DNA of 57,866 nucleotides, the filler included, from Stramenopiles sp. TOSAG23-3 (Eukaryota), in the NCBI GenBank assembly GCA_900128585.1. It is 6 parts of 6 records of this genome, joined end to end, with 100 filler letters (N's around TTAATTAATTAA, not from the genome) between each part and the next. Parts side by side here need not be neighbours in the genome. Positions count along the whole stretch, not along the records: positions 1 to 17,265 come from LT642455.1; 5 more parts are not named here. One strand, given 5' to 3'. The notes beneath the pieces are model-generated. The model worked only from the letters and a program-made list of their open reading frames with translations. It was not told the DNA's origin and ran no database searches. The position numbers were made by a program, and so were the translations under genes. Positions 1-11,122 of this stretch are shown here, in pieces. The first letter of the stretch is position 1. The number at the start of each line of letters is the position of its first letter.

Positions 1-1
1 G

Positions 2-3000
2 GCAAAGTTTTTAAGGGGATCAAATACGTACCAGACCTGGAAACAGTACGTACCGTGCCAGTACGACGAGTGGTGCACAGAGACGAACGGTTTCGATTGC
101 TTGCAAGAGGAGCGCAACACGACCCTGCTAATGGTGGACGCGGGCCCTGGGTTTCGCAATAAAACGGGCCTCAAAGAGTACCCTGGCAGATGCTTCTTGA
201 TGGAGCTTCTTCCGGATGTTATCGTCCCGTTCCAGAAAGAAGACAATTACGGGGGGATGCAACCTCACTGGCGATACCCACCTGTGCGGACGTACGAGTG
301 GGACGGAAACAACGAGTGGAGCAGCCCCGGCAACACAGGGATCGACCGCCAGCTCGTGCTTGTGGAATACAGGGAAATTGTGCAAGGAACCTACGTTTGT
401 GCCAACAGCGGAAACTGTACCGTGCCGGACACGTGCGCTTGCAACAATTATGACTGGGGAGGGTTTGACTGCAGAATTCCCATGTGCCACCAAGGCTACT
501 TGGAACCGGATTTCCACAAAGTCAACCCGAGTGTAGCGATGGCGCCGCTGGTGCACCCGGACGGAACGGCGCTGTGGAAAGACAAATACCCAGGCCAAGA
601 CACGTACCAGTGTTCTATCAGGGCATACACGCCGTGGGAGAACCCAAATTACCTGCATCGCCACCCAAACTATTTTTCGCGCTACATGAGCATTACGAAA
701 GGGGAGGATGATTACATTCGCTACGCCACTGACCGCCACGTCTTTTTATGGCCCCCCGACAGTCTGTACGGGAGATCGTACAACATCAGCGAGGCCATTT
801 TTGACGATACGAGAAAGGGATGGCTGCGAATGGGAACATGGGAGCGTGTTGGGAACGAAAGCGTATGGCAAAAAGGCACGTGTACGATAGAGTACGATCG
901 CCAATGCGGTATCCCGGAGATCCAGTACGTCACCGTTTCCCTAAACGGTGGGATTGATCTGTCGGACACGACGGCAAAAAAGTTCTACAATAATGTTGGC
1001 GGATCGTTCGCGTTGGAGTTTGATGGGAGTTCCATCAGTGTCCTCGTTGCCGATGATGCGCTCACGCTGCGTCTAAAATTGGAGAGTGCCCTCAGTGTGG
1101 GGACCATTTATGTGACCAGGGACGATTTTAAAATTCTGCAGAGCGACTTTGCAAAAGGGACCTTCTGCGATTATCGGGACCCCACCCAGCCATGCGAGGA
1201 CACGCAATGCACGAAACGAAAAGTAAAATGTTACCCCCCGGAGATTTTACAAGGGTGCGATCGAAACACGGACTGTTACGGGCAACGGTGGAGAGTAACC
1301 TTCTACAACAACCGGGGGGACGTTCCGAAGATGCGCGTGAGCACGGGCGGACCCTTGCGCAGCCAGGATTACGCGTGCGATGGAGAGGCCGAAACGATTG
1401 ATATGGGACGCCCGTGCTCGCTAACGGGGGGGTATCAAGACGGTTACCCGCCCCGGTACCAGTACGGGGCGGCGACCGTCATGGTGACGACGAAGCAGGA
1501 AGGGGTCGCTTCTGCGCAAAAGGCCCGAGACGTGCGAACGTTGCAGACGGGCCGAAGCGTGCTGGACACTGACATGGTGTTTCGACCGAGGGTGTCGCAC
1601 ACGAACCAGTTCACCAGCGCGGTAGGACGCTGGACGGAAGAGGGTGGAAAGTGCGTCGACATGGTGGTGCGCGGCTGCTTAAACAATGGGACGTGCGTGG
1701 CGCCGGGCCGCTGCCAGTGTGCGCCAGGCTGGGAAGGCAACAAGTGTGATATTCCCGTCTGCGAACAGACCTGCCTTAACGGTGGAAACTGCACGTTGCC
1801 GAACTTATGTACTTGTGAAAAGGGTTGGTCGGGCCACGACTGCGGGTATGCGCTTTGCGCCCAGGAATGCAACAATAACGGCAAATGCGTTGAGCCGGAC
1901 ATTTGCAAATGCCCAAAGTGGCCGTCCCTGTGGGTGGATGGGCGCATTGGGGGCGGTCGCCCGCTCTTTCGTGACGAGAATGGAAACCCGCAGAACACAG
2001 GCTGGACAGGGTTCGACTGTTCGACCCCTGTATGCACGCAAGCCGAGGCGTGGACGCCATTGACCCTTGCGGGCGCCGTGCGTCTTGGGGGCGACGGGTA
2101 TGTTATATACGGGGATGACCCGAACAATAACCTGATGGGCCAAATGCCTGCATATTTGCAAGAGCAACGGGCGAACGATCGGTTGAAAGTCGGCCCGTTC
2201 CTTCGACCGTACGAGGTTGTCCCAGAACAGTTGGATGAACTGTCGTGGTACCGGCGGTGGGTGCCTGCGGACGGCCAAATTGTCAGGAACGACGGCAAAA
2301 GCTTCCAAAGCGGTTGCACGATAATATCCCCCATCCCAGCAAAATACCTCACCCCGCAAATGCGCCGGCAATACCCTCGGGTCGATGCGTTTCGGAACCC
2401 CTTGGGCCCTGGGAGTGGGATAGGGCACCAGTACCGGGTCGGCCACTACGTCCTGGGGTGGGCGTCTGCCACCGAGCAGAACGATACGGAATGGAGGCGA
2501 ACGTCTGACACGAAATTATGCAACGTGTTGGCGTGGGAAGAGGGGGACTACATTGAGCAGAATTTGAACCAGCCCACGTACGAGGAAGATGGGCGGCGCA
2601 TTCGATCCAACTACCCCAACTACATCAAGCAGACGGCAGAGCTGTGGATCAAGGGCCCCGTCGTTCGGGGGGAAGGCCTCTACCGTTGCTACAACCGAGG
2701 CAGCTGCGTTTCCCCGGACCTTTGCTCCTGCGCCGATGGGTGGACGGATGCCGATTGCAAGACTGCCCTGTGCCGTTACGAGCAACGGGATATTTTTGTC
2801 TCCCGCCTCCAGGTCGTCGGGTGCCTGAACGCAGGGTCTTGTTTGCGAAAGGACTATTGCAGCTGCGTGAAGACGGACAGTATTTTGCAAACGATTCACA
2901 CCGCCATTGAGCGCTTTCCTGAATTCCCCCCCTTCGTCAAAGAAACGGGTTTCATGGGTACCGATTGCTCTATACCAATGTGCGTGCAGGGGTACTGGGA

Positions 3001-3949
3001 CCAAACGTGTCGTGGCGTCACCCCTGGGGGGGAAGGTTGTTACCGGTGCAAAAATGGTGGGAACTGCACGGCGCCTGATTTCTGCACCTGCACGCCTGAC
3101 TGGACGGGGTTCGATTGCTCCATTCCTGTTTGCGTTGCCATCGCAGACACGGAAACCATATACGAGCTTCAGACGGTGGACGTGGGGCGGGTGCAAGACT
3201 TTGAATTGGACCCTTGCATCGAGCGCGAAGAGCGAAAGCTCGTCAACGCCCCGAAGCTGTATGATCCTCGTACGAACAAAGGCGACAAACATTTCGAACG
3301 GTTGAACTGGAGGGAGGGACAAGACTACATGATGAGCCGGGGGAACTGTACCAGGCCAATGTCATGCACCTGCTTGTGCTACGAGCAAAACCCCGAGTGG
3401 GATCCATGGCAGGACCCGCTGGAGCGGGGCCTTTCCGCGGGCTTTATTCTGGGCACCAGCGGAGAAGCCACCGGTGCCGGGGACGTAGACGACGTCAACT
3501 GCGCCTATGGGTTCGAGGGAAACAAGCGCGTGATCCCCGTCGAGGAGGACCCCGCGCGCGCTGGGGACGAGGTCTTTATGACCTGCCACTTTACGATCAA
3601 AGTCCCGGAGTGGTACGAGGAGTACTCCATCACATTGATTGTTTTTGGGACCCTGTTTGCCATCGGGGCGAGCATCGGCTATTACTACTACCGGCAGTGG
3701 CTGCAGCGAGTCTGGATGCGGAAGAAGGCAGAAAAGCGAAGGAGTCGGAAAAGTTCAGAGAGTAGTATCGGGAACATTGGCGGCGGCGGCGGCCGCAGCA
3801 GCAGTCGCGTCGTTGGCAGCAAGCGTACGAAGAGTAGCGGAAAGGTTACTAAAAGCGGGCGAAGCTCGGACGTGGGCGGGAAAAAGAAGAAGAAAAAGAA
3901 GAAGAAGAAGAAGGACAAAAAGAAAAAGAAATCCAAATCAAGAGTTTGA
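2..3949 (+). CDS. Large multi-EGF-like-repeat type I membrane protein (5'-truncated at window/contig start)
   Basis: Frame is open from position 2. Many EGF-like Cys repeats (e.g. CLNGGNCTLPNLCTCEKGWSGHDC, CKNGGNCTAPDFCTCTPDWTGFDC). Single C-terminal TM helix (SITLIVFGTLFAIGASIGYYYY) followed by a Lys-rich cytosolic tail. Confidence 0.85.
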   Translation, partial: AKFLRGSNTYQTWKQYVPCQYDEWCTETNGFDCLQEERNTTLLMVDAGPGFRNKTGLKEYPGRCFLMELLPDVIVPFQKEDNYGGMQPHWRYPPVRTYEWDGNNEWSSPGNTGIDRQLVLVEYREIVQGTYVCANSGNCTVPDTCACNNYDWGGFDCRIPMCHQGYLEPDFHKVNPSVAMAPLVHPDGTALWKDKYPGQDTYQCSIRAYTPWENPNYLHRHPNYFSRYMSITKGEDDYIRYATDRHVFLWPPDSLYGRSYNISEAIFDDTRKGWLRMGTWERVGNESVWQKGTCTIEYDRQCGIPEIQYVTVSLNGGIDLSDTTAKKFYNNVGGSFALEFDGSSISVLVADDALTLRLKLESALSVGTIYVTRDDFKILQSDFAKGTFCDYRDPTQPCEDTQCTKRKVKCYPPEILQGCDRNTDCYGQRWRVTFYNNRGDVPKMRVSTGGPLRSQDYACDGEAETIDMGRPCSLTGGYQDGYPPRYQYGAATVMVTTKQEGVASAQKARDVRTLQTGRSVLDTDMVFRPRVSHTNQFTSAVGRWTEEGGKCVDMVVRGCLNNGTCVAPGRCQCAPGWEGNKCDIPVCEQTCLNGGNCTLPNLCTCEKGWSGHDCGYALCAQECNNNGKCVEPDICKCPKWPSLWVDGRIGGGRPLFRDENGNPQNTGWTGFDCSTPVCTQAEAWTPLTLAGAVRLGGDGYVIYGDDPNNNLMGQMPAYLQEQRANDRLKVGPFLRPYEVVPEQLDELSWYRRWVPADGQIVRNDGKSFQSGCTIISPIPAKYLTPQMRRQYPRVDAFRNPLGPGSGIGHQYRVGHYVLGWASATEQNDTEWRRTSDTKLCNVLAWEEGDYIEQNLNQPTYEEDGRRIRSNYPNYIKQTAELWIKGPVVRGEGLYRCYNRGSCVSPDLCSCADGWTDADCKTALCRYEQRDIFVSRLQVVGCLNAGSCLRKDYCSCVKTDSILQTIHTAIERFPEFPPFVKETGFMGTDCSIPMCVQGYWDQTCRGVTPGGEGCYRCKNGGNCTAPDFCTCTPDWTGFDCSIPVCVAIADTETIYELQTVDVGRVQDFELDPCIEREERKLVNAPKLYDPRTNKGDKHFERLNWREGQDYMMSRGNCTRPMSCTCLCYEQNPEWDPWQDPLERGLSAGFILGTSGEATGAGDVDDVNCAYGFEGNKRVIPVEEDPARAGDEVFMTCHFTIKVPEWYEEYSITLIVFGTLFAIGASIGYYYYRQWLQRVWMRKKAEKRRSRKSSESSIGNIGGGGGRSSSRVVGSKRTKSSGKVTKSGRSSDVGGKKKKKKKKKKKDKKKKKSKSRV

Positions 3950-4374
3950 ATCTTATAATCACTACCCCCATCCGATTAATCATGTCAACCAATTAGGAAT
4001 GGGCAACATGGTTTCAGCTTCAGCTCACTTCATTGAAACGAGTTAATTAAACATATATTATATACAATACCATTTTTTTATCAGAGAGAGAGAAGAGAGA
4101 GGTTATTACTATACTCTTCTCTCTATTGGTTAATAATAGGGTTTCGTCGATTTGAAATAATAATATATTTTTTCGGAATTTTTCACCATTAAATCAACAA
4201 TTTTCAGAAAGACGTAGACTTTCCACAAAATGAAATGAATTGAAACGAAAGCAGAGTAAAAACGAGGGGGAGCGGAACGTATACCGAACTTCAAAACTAA
4301 ACGTTCTGTCAATTTCTTTGCCGTCGAATTCGCCCGATTGTTTTCTCTTTCTTCGGTGGTGGGCGTGCAACAAT

Positions 4375-5766
4375 ATGAACCGGTTCTTGGTGTTTCAGGC
4401 ATGTCGCCGGTTGCAAGGCGGTGCGTTTGGTTCCGTTCGAACGGTTTCTGGGGGCGTCTTTCGTGGGGCCCTTCCCCGTTCGAACTTACCTGTTGGCATC
4501 GTGAAATCGACTGTCGGTGGGCGAGTGTTTCAGACGAATGTGGGGATTTTGCGCGGGACAGCGTACGCAAATTCCTTACGGCATGCCCGGAGTACCATCC
4601 GGCCAAAGTCGTCCGCGGGCACCGCCATGGCTGCCGCCGGGGGGGCAGTCCCGTCGGTGTCCCGCGCGATTCCCCAGGACAAACTCTTGGCCTCCTGGAT
4701 ACTCGCGACTGGCGGCATGGTCTTTGGAATGGTAACGCTGGGAGGGGCAACTCGTTTGACCCGGTCCGGGCTCTCGATGGTGGACTGGAAGCCCCAAGGG
4801 AGGCCGCTGCCGTCCACGACGGAGGAGTGGGAGTTTGAGTTTGAAAAATACAAGGCCTTCCCGGAGTACCAAAAGTTGAACCAGAACATGACGCTGGGGG
4901 AATTCAAACGAATCTATTTTATGGAATGGGCGCACAGGATGTGGGGCCGGGCAATAGGCCTGGTCTTTGCCGTGCCTTTGCTCGGGTTTGCGGCCGCCAA
5001 GCGAATCCCGAAGCAACTGTACGGCCGGCTGGCGCTGCTGTTTGCGATGGGCGGGGGCCAAGGGTTGGTGGGGTGGTGGATGGTGAAGAGCGGCTTGACG
5101 CACGAACATCTGCCAGGGATATCGCGGAGCGAGCACGACACCCCTCGGGTGAGCCCGTACCGGCTGACGGCTCACCTCTCGATGGCGTTCGCGACGTACG
5201 GTGTGCTGATGTGGACCGGGATGAACTTGCTCACGGGCCCCCCGCGCGTGAAGAGCGGGGCCTTCAACTTGTCGGTCGCAAACTCGGCGTTGAAAGCGCT
5301 TCGGTCGCGGTCGAAAGGGGGCGCAGCGCTGCTTGGGCTGACGGTGTTGTCGGGCGCATTCGTGGCGGGGAACGACGCGGGGCACGCGTACAACGATTTT
5401 CCGTACATGGCGGGGGAGATCATCCCCGAACAGATCTGGATGGACCACCTTGGGCTTCGAAACTTGTTTGAGAACACGGCCACCGTCCAGTTCGACCATC
5501 GGGTCCTGGCGTTCACAACCCTCGGCACGGTCGGGGGGTTGTTTTTGTCCGCCCGTGGGAACTCGTTGGTGTGGAACAGTCTGAACCCGGACGCAAAGCT
5601 TGCATTGACCTCCCTGGTTGGCGTGACGACGGCCCAGGTTGGGCTTGGCATCACGACGTTGATGATGTACGTCCCGGTAGAGTTGGGAGTCGCGCACCAA
5701 GGGGGTGCATTGACCCTGTGGACGGTCGCACTTTGGCTGGTCCACACGCTGCGGTACGTGAAGTAA
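4375..5766 (+). CDS. COX15: Heme A synthase (cytochrome c oxidase assembly protein COX15), mitochondrial
   Basis: Motifs LGGATRLTRSGLSMVDWKP, FMEWAHRMWGR, GWWMVKSGL, RVSPYRLTAHL, GAFVAGNDAG, ENTATVQFDHR, VAHQ. ATG at 4375 gives an Arg/Ser-rich transit-peptide-like N-terminus. Confidence 0.95.
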   Translation: MNRFLVFQACRRLQGGAFGSVRTVSGGVFRGALPRSNLPVGIVKSTVGGRVFQTNVGILRGTAYANSLRHARSTIRPKSSAGTAMAAAGGAVPSVSRAIPQDKLLASWILATGGMVFGMVTLGGATRLTRSGLSMVDWKPQGRPLPSTTEEWEFEFEKYKAFPEYQKLNQNMTLGEFKRIYFMEWAHRMWGRAIGLVFAVPLLGFAAAKRIPKQLYGRLALLFAMGGGQGLVGWWMVKSGLTHEHLPGISRSEHDTPRVSPYRLTAHLSMAFATYGVLMWTGMNLLTGPPRVKSGAFNLSVANSALKALRSRSKGGAALLGLTVLSGAFVAGNDAGHAYNDFPYMAGEIIPEQIWMDHLGLRNLFENTATVQFDHRVLAFTTLGTVGGLFLSARGNSLVWNSLNPDAKLALTSLVGVTTAQVGLGITTLMMYVPVELGVAHQGGALTLWTVALWLVHTLRYVK

Positions 5767-5874
5767 GTGACGAAGTACGAACCAACTATATTTTTCTAGA
5801 AACACACACTCTAATAAAAAAAGCTACTGAGTTACAGAAATACGTTCATGCATAGAAAGGAACCCCACTCTGCA

Positions 5875-7425
5875 CTACACGACCATTTCTTCCACCGCGG
5901 CGGCCGCCTGACCCTTCGCCCCCGTGCGCCCGCCCCCGAACGCTTCTTTCTTGGAGCTCTCCTCTTGTTGAAACTGCATGTCGATGCTCTCTTCGATGCC
6001 GTCGATCTGGTCCTCCATGCCGTCCAGGTGCTCCTCGACTTGCTGCTGCTGCTCCAATAGCAACATTTCGTAGTCCCATGTCGAAAAATGCTTCGTGTGG
6101 ACCGCAAACATAATGAGCTCGCTGATGAGGACGCAGAAGACTGCCACCAGAATAAGGAAAAACGAATCGTACAGCGCGGCAAAATCGACGCAGTACCCAT
6201 GGATCATGTCGAACTGCTCGTTGTAGTACTTGACCTGCGCGTGGCTCTCGTCGATGGTCGAGTTCAAGACCGCAACGATGGACCGGCCCTTGTCGAGCTC
6301 TTCCTGCGGGTCGAACGCGGTCCCCAAGGCTCTCCCCCGCCCTGCGTGAGCGTCTGCGACGGCGGTCACCGGGAGCCAACGGAGCAGGTATCGCGCGTGG
6401 TCGCTCACCGACGGGATCGGCAACTCGGGAAGCGGGTTGCTGGCGGGGGCGCCTTCCCCGTCCCCGACCTTGGGCCGGCTGGCCATCTCGGCAACCTGGC
6501 CGATCCCGCTGTTTTCAAACTGGGCCTGGAGGTCGACCCATTTCTGATACTGAGCAAGGACGCTTCGCATGGTGCTGTCCGCGCCCCCGAGGGCCGCCTT
6601 GGCGAGCGCGATGTACTCCTCCACCTTTTCTATGTACGTTTTGACCAAGTTCCGAAAGAGGCCGCAGGTGTGGGCAAGGGTAAAGGACAGGCCGGTGGAG
6701 ACGGTGGTCACAAGGAAGAGCAAGAGGCCGACGACGTACGAGACGAAGAGGAAGACGGTCCCAAAAATGGCCCAGGCGAGCTGGCAGCCCTCCTGGCACG
6801 CCCACTCGACCGCCACGCACGTCTTGTGGCACCGGTCGGACTTTGCGCAGCACGTGAAGCAGCGGCACCGGCAACACTCGCGGGCACCCCGGCACTGTAG
6901 CTCGCGCTGCGTCTGGAGGACTCCGATGACGACGCCGTGGACGAAGACCGCGACGTGAACGAGGACAAACGCGAGCGCTATGAAGACTACTTGAAACACG
7001 TACATGTTGATCTGCGAGGTGTCCCCGTACTTGTAAGTGATGTCCCGGACGTTCAGCACAGCGGTCGACGACACGGCAAAGGCAACAAGGGTGAGGCCAA
7101 GGCCAAGCGACGCGCCCAACGGCCAGTTGTCCAGTCCAAAGCACCACTTGGCGACTTGAAACGCCCGTTTCGTGAGACGTTTTACCCCTCGCAACTTTCG
7201 GAGCCCTTCCATAGCCCTCGTCAAGTTTTTCTTCGTTCGCGAATAGACTCTTCCTCGACCTCCACCTGACCCTGAACCCAACCGCACCGAAAGGGAGACG
7301 GGTGGCATCGTCGGGGCCACCGCCGCACTACGGCTCGTTGATTTCTGCATCTCCCGGTGCACCCCATTCTCGTTGTCCGTGCTTGGACCAAGGTGGTTTC
7401 GTTCGGACTGTACGATTGCTGCCAT
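5875..7425 (-). CDS. Four-TM membrane protein with Cys-rich loop and acidic coiled-coil tail; resembles the M6/proteolipid (PLP) family layout
   Basis: 516-aa ORF with four hydrophobic segments, a CCRCRCFTCC cluster between TM2 and TM3 and a large loop between TM3 and TM4. Family assignment is tentative. Confidence 0.7.
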   Translation of the reverse strand: MAAIVQSERNHLGPSTDNENGVHREMQKSTSRSAAVAPTMPPVSLSVRLGSGSGGGRGRVYSRTKKNLTRAMEGLRKLRGVKRLTKRAFQVAKWCFGLDNWPLGASLGLGLTLVAFAVSSTAVLNVRDITYKYGDTSQINMYVFQVVFIALAFVLVHVAVFVHGVVIGVLQTQRELQCRGARECCRCRCFTCCAKSDRCHKTCVAVEWACQEGCQLAWAIFGTVFLFVSYVVGLLLFLVTTVSTGLSFTLAHTCGLFRNLVKTYIEKVEEYIALAKAALGGADSTMRSVLAQYQKWVDLQAQFENSGIGQVAEMASRPKVGDGEGAPASNPLPELPIPSVSDHARYLLRWLPVTAVADAHAGRGRALGTAFDPQEELDKGRSIVAVLNSTIDESHAQVKYYNEQFDMIHGYCVDFAALYDSFFLILVAVFCVLISELIMFAVHTKHFSTWDYEMLLLEQQQQVEEHLDGMEDQIDGIEESIDMQFQQEESSKKEAFGGGRTGAKGQAAAAVEEMVV

Positions 7426-8989
7426 TTGTTTGGTAAAGATCGTTCATAAATACTTGCTTGCATTCAAACCCTTTCCTTTTCCTTTGGTTTTCACTCTTCA
7501 ATCTTTCACAGCTCATCTTGATTCTTGATAATTCCAGTAGTATTCCAATAATAATAATAAGTCCTTATTATTAGAAAGAAAGAAAGAAAGAAAGAGAAGA
7601 AAGAAAGAAAGAAGAATTAAAAGAAGAATTCAGTTTTTAAAGAAGAAATCAGCGTTTTTAAGTTATTTAACATTGAATAGTATGACGTAAAACAATTCAT
7701 ACTATAAATATATACTTATAATGTATTTCTATTCCTATCTAAAACGTTTTGAATCACATAGGAAAACAAAAGAAACGAATACGAATGGTTGTACTTTTAT
7801 TCATGAAATTCATAGTAATACTTCAAACTACCCTTAGGGTTTTATTCATTCATTAATAACATCCTATTTTATTGTGAAACACAAATTATCTTATCCTCAT
7901 TTTAATTAAGTATAATTTTACCAAATACAAACTTTTAATATATTAATTCTTTTATTATTATAAACATACAATAATAACAAACTTAAATCAACACGTGTCC
8001 CTCACTTGTTTCCTATCAACATTTGAAAACAAATACTACATTCTACCGTATTCTAACAGACCCAATCGAAGAAAGTTCTTTTTTCTTCTTCCTGCTATTC
8101 CTATGTACACTTTGAAAACTCTCAGCCTCTACTACAACATCCATTCATACACCACAGAGCGTAACCAATCCAACGATCCAACACCATCCTTCAAATCCCT
8201 TTCTTGATTCATTTTTTTTCTTCGTCGCTACAACACATTCAATAACATATACACAGCATCTATATTTGACCTTCATTTACACCATCATTGTATCAAACCT
8301 TCTTTGAATCTTCTTTTCCTTCGTCTTTCATTTCAATGCTGTATTCATACTATTTCCTTCTTTCAATTTGTTTTTCCACTTTTTTTCCAACATTTTCGTA
8401 CTTTTTTGAAAACTTTGAACTAAAAACCAAAGATCGTTTCGATGCTATGTATATGTAGTGAACTAAAAAATGCAATCGATCATTTCCTTCCTTCCTCGAT
8501 TTGTTCCTAAATTTCTTCTTTTTACCACAAGAAGAATTCTTCCGATTCCAATGCTATGCGCCTGTTAAATTTATCATTTGTCGTAGAAATTTCGCGAAGA
8601 AAGAAGAAGAAAGGTCACTCACTCACGCACGGAAGAAAGAAAAGGAAAGGCCCTTTACCCTTGACAGAAACTGAAAAGAATCGATAGAAATGGGGGAAGG
8701 AATGAAAAAGAAACGAGCAAACAAACAAACAAAAACTAAACTGAACGAACGTATTCAAATTGTACGTACAATTTCTTCAAACGCTTTAAACGTTTCACGA
8801 CACCAAACGCCAGAACACCGACCAGTCGGATTTCTTGCTTTTCCCACTTTACCGCATCCACGAACTTGCCCACGCACTCCACGTCAAGCGACAACCGAAC
8901 GAAAGGGACAGCGCAGCGCCTTTTTTGAACCGAACCCTTCTCTTCGTCTAGTCGTCGAACCGAGGATTAATTGTGCCCGCGTACGTTAT

Positions 8990-10459
8990 ATGGATCACCC
9001 CGGAACCACCGCACACACCCATCACCAGACTGCTGTACGCTCAAACACTCCGAACAAACAAAGCTTGCATCGAGGAACGGCGAACAGTTACCAGGAGACT
9101 CCCTCGCAGAAGGCCGTCTTCCGAAGCGCAAACTCGCTGGCATCGTCGCTCAAGGCATTCCTGTCGAACTGCTTCACGAGCGCAACCGTGGAACCACGAA
9201 CGAACGCCCCGGGTGCCATGCAGCTTGACTTTAGCAACCTGCGCCACAACAAGGCGCTCGCAAAGAGCGCCCCGTGCTCCCCAAAGGTGAACGCCCGCCG
9301 GTCGAAGTTTCCGGCCGCCGCCTCGTCGTCGGCATCCTCGAAGCACGCCGTCACGGGGAACGGGAACACCGTCGCCGTCGGCCCGTCCGCCCGACGGCTC
9401 CTCCGCCGATCGAACCACCCCGTTCTCAACGGGTTCGTCCTTGAGAAGAGCCTTCAGAACGGGTACAGCGGAAAGGTGTACCGCGGCCACGAGGCGGCCA
9501 CCCAGCGCAAGGTCGTCGTCAAGTGCTGCCGAAAGCTGTCGAGCTGGACGACCGAGACCCGGGCATTGGGAAAGCTGAAGCACGAGAACATCATCAACAT
9601 GGTCGGCGCCCCCCAGGCGAACGTTCCGTGCCCCCCGAGCATCAAAATGGGCCAAGGGAAGAACTCCCAGATGCCCGACGAGAACGGGACTGTCCCGTCG
9701 ATCCACGTCCTCGCCCAAGAGCTTGCCGAGAACGGGGACCTGTACGAGTTCCTTCAGACGAACGGCCCCGTCGACGAGCCGACGGCCCGGGCGCTCATCA
9801 AGCCCCTCGTCAAGGCCCTGGCGTACGCGTACCACCGCCACGGGGTCTCCCACAGGGACATTAAGTTAGAGAACATTTTCGTCATGAAAGACGGTACCGT
9901 GAAGCTCGGCGACTGGGGCCTTGCGGCCTTCGAGACGAAGGACCGCCAGTGCTCCAGCTCGTGCGGGACCCTCGGGTACATGGCCCCGGAAATGGTCTGC
10001 CGCCACAAGTACGACGCGAACAAGACCGACGTCTGGGCCCTTGCCGTGGTCCTCTTTAGTCTGTGCACGGGCGTGCGCCCGTACGCTGAGCCGGAGCACC
10101 GGCAGCGGTCCCCGAAGGATTTTTCCTGGAAGGACGAGTGGCTTTCGGCGATGATGGAGAACCGGTGGAAGGTGTGGTGGTTGAGCCACGCGCGGACCAC
10201 CAAGTGCATCTCCCGGGTGTCGCCCGAGCTGCGCGACATGATAGAGCGAATGTTCGACGCGGACAGCGACGGGCGGATCTCGCTCCGGGAGCTTCTCCAC
10301 CACCCGTGGATGTGCAAGGACGGGCAAGGTGCGGACAACGAGTCGGACGTCGAGAGTTTCTCCGACTCGGACTCGATGATGGACATCGACATGGGCTGCG
10401 GTGCCATCGAACGTGTAGTCACCAAGGCGGACATCGCCCGGTTCTGCCGAAAGTATTGA
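8990..10459 (+). CDS. Ser/Thr protein kinase (CAMK-like)
   Basis: NGYSGKVY glycine loop, VVVK, HRDIKLEN, DWG, GTLGYMAPE, DVWALAV. Start is uncertain: the ORF is open from 8690, and ATG 8990 was chosen where coding-like composition begins. Confidence 0.9.
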   Translation: MDHPGTTAHTHHQTAVRSNTPNKQSLHRGTANSYQETPSQKAVFRSANSLASSLKAFLSNCFTSATVEPRTNAPGAMQLDFSNLRHNKALAKSAPCSPKVNARRSKFPAAASSSASSKHAVTGNGNTVAVGPSARRLLRRSNHPVLNGFVLEKSLQNGYSGKVYRGHEAATQRKVVVKCCRKLSSWTTETRALGKLKHENIINMVGAPQANVPCPPSIKMGQGKNSQMPDENGTVPSIHVLAQELAENGDLYEFLQTNGPVDEPTARALIKPLVKALAYAYHRHGVSHRDIKLENIFVMKDGTVKLGDWGLAAFETKDRQCSSSCGTLGYMAPEMVCRHKYDANKTDVWALAVVLFSLCTGVRPYAEPEHRQRSPKDFSWKDEWLSAMMENRWKVWWLSHARTTKCISRVSPELRDMIERMFDADSDGRISLRELLHHPWMCKDGQGADNESDVESFSDSDSMMDIDMGCGAIERVVTKADIARFCRKY

Positions 10460-11122
10460 CCGACCGACGCGCACAAAACGGTAGGTTGGACCTATGCTGT
10501 TGTTCTCGGTTCCCCGTACGCCCGCGTACTTGTACAGGTTTCAAACGAAACAAAACCGGACCGATTGGACTGAAGCGCGATGTAATTAATGCCTCCCCCC
10601 ATTGTACAGACGGGCGGGCGGGCGAAGGAAACAAAGAGATGCTTGGATGCATTTGTAAATTATTAAAAACTAAACGAGAAAGAGCGAGGGAAGCAACCCC
10701 ACGCACGCACGGGGAGACAACTTCGTGGAACGTGCGTGGGTCTTGCGCACATTATTGTATGCACATACATGTACATTTTATACATATTATTTTTTTGTAC
10801 GCAATCTTAACATATTTAGGAGAGGGAGAGGAACAATTTAGAACGAGAGAGACAAACAAAACACTTGTTTTCACAATTTTTAACGCGCCCGTTTCCTGGA
10901 TGATACGCGTCCTTGATTTACGATCTGACATGTCGCAACATAACATAATTTATCTGGACGCGTTTGGTCTTGTTCTCGTTTGGTCTCCACCCATGATGCT
11001 CAAATTACCCCTGCCTGGCCCACACCCACTAGCCCGCCGACGCGTTGGCCTCTCTCTCGAATCCCGACTGTACACTGTAAACGATCCTCGCAGCGCGTGC
11101 CCTCCCCGCCCAACTCCGGCAT

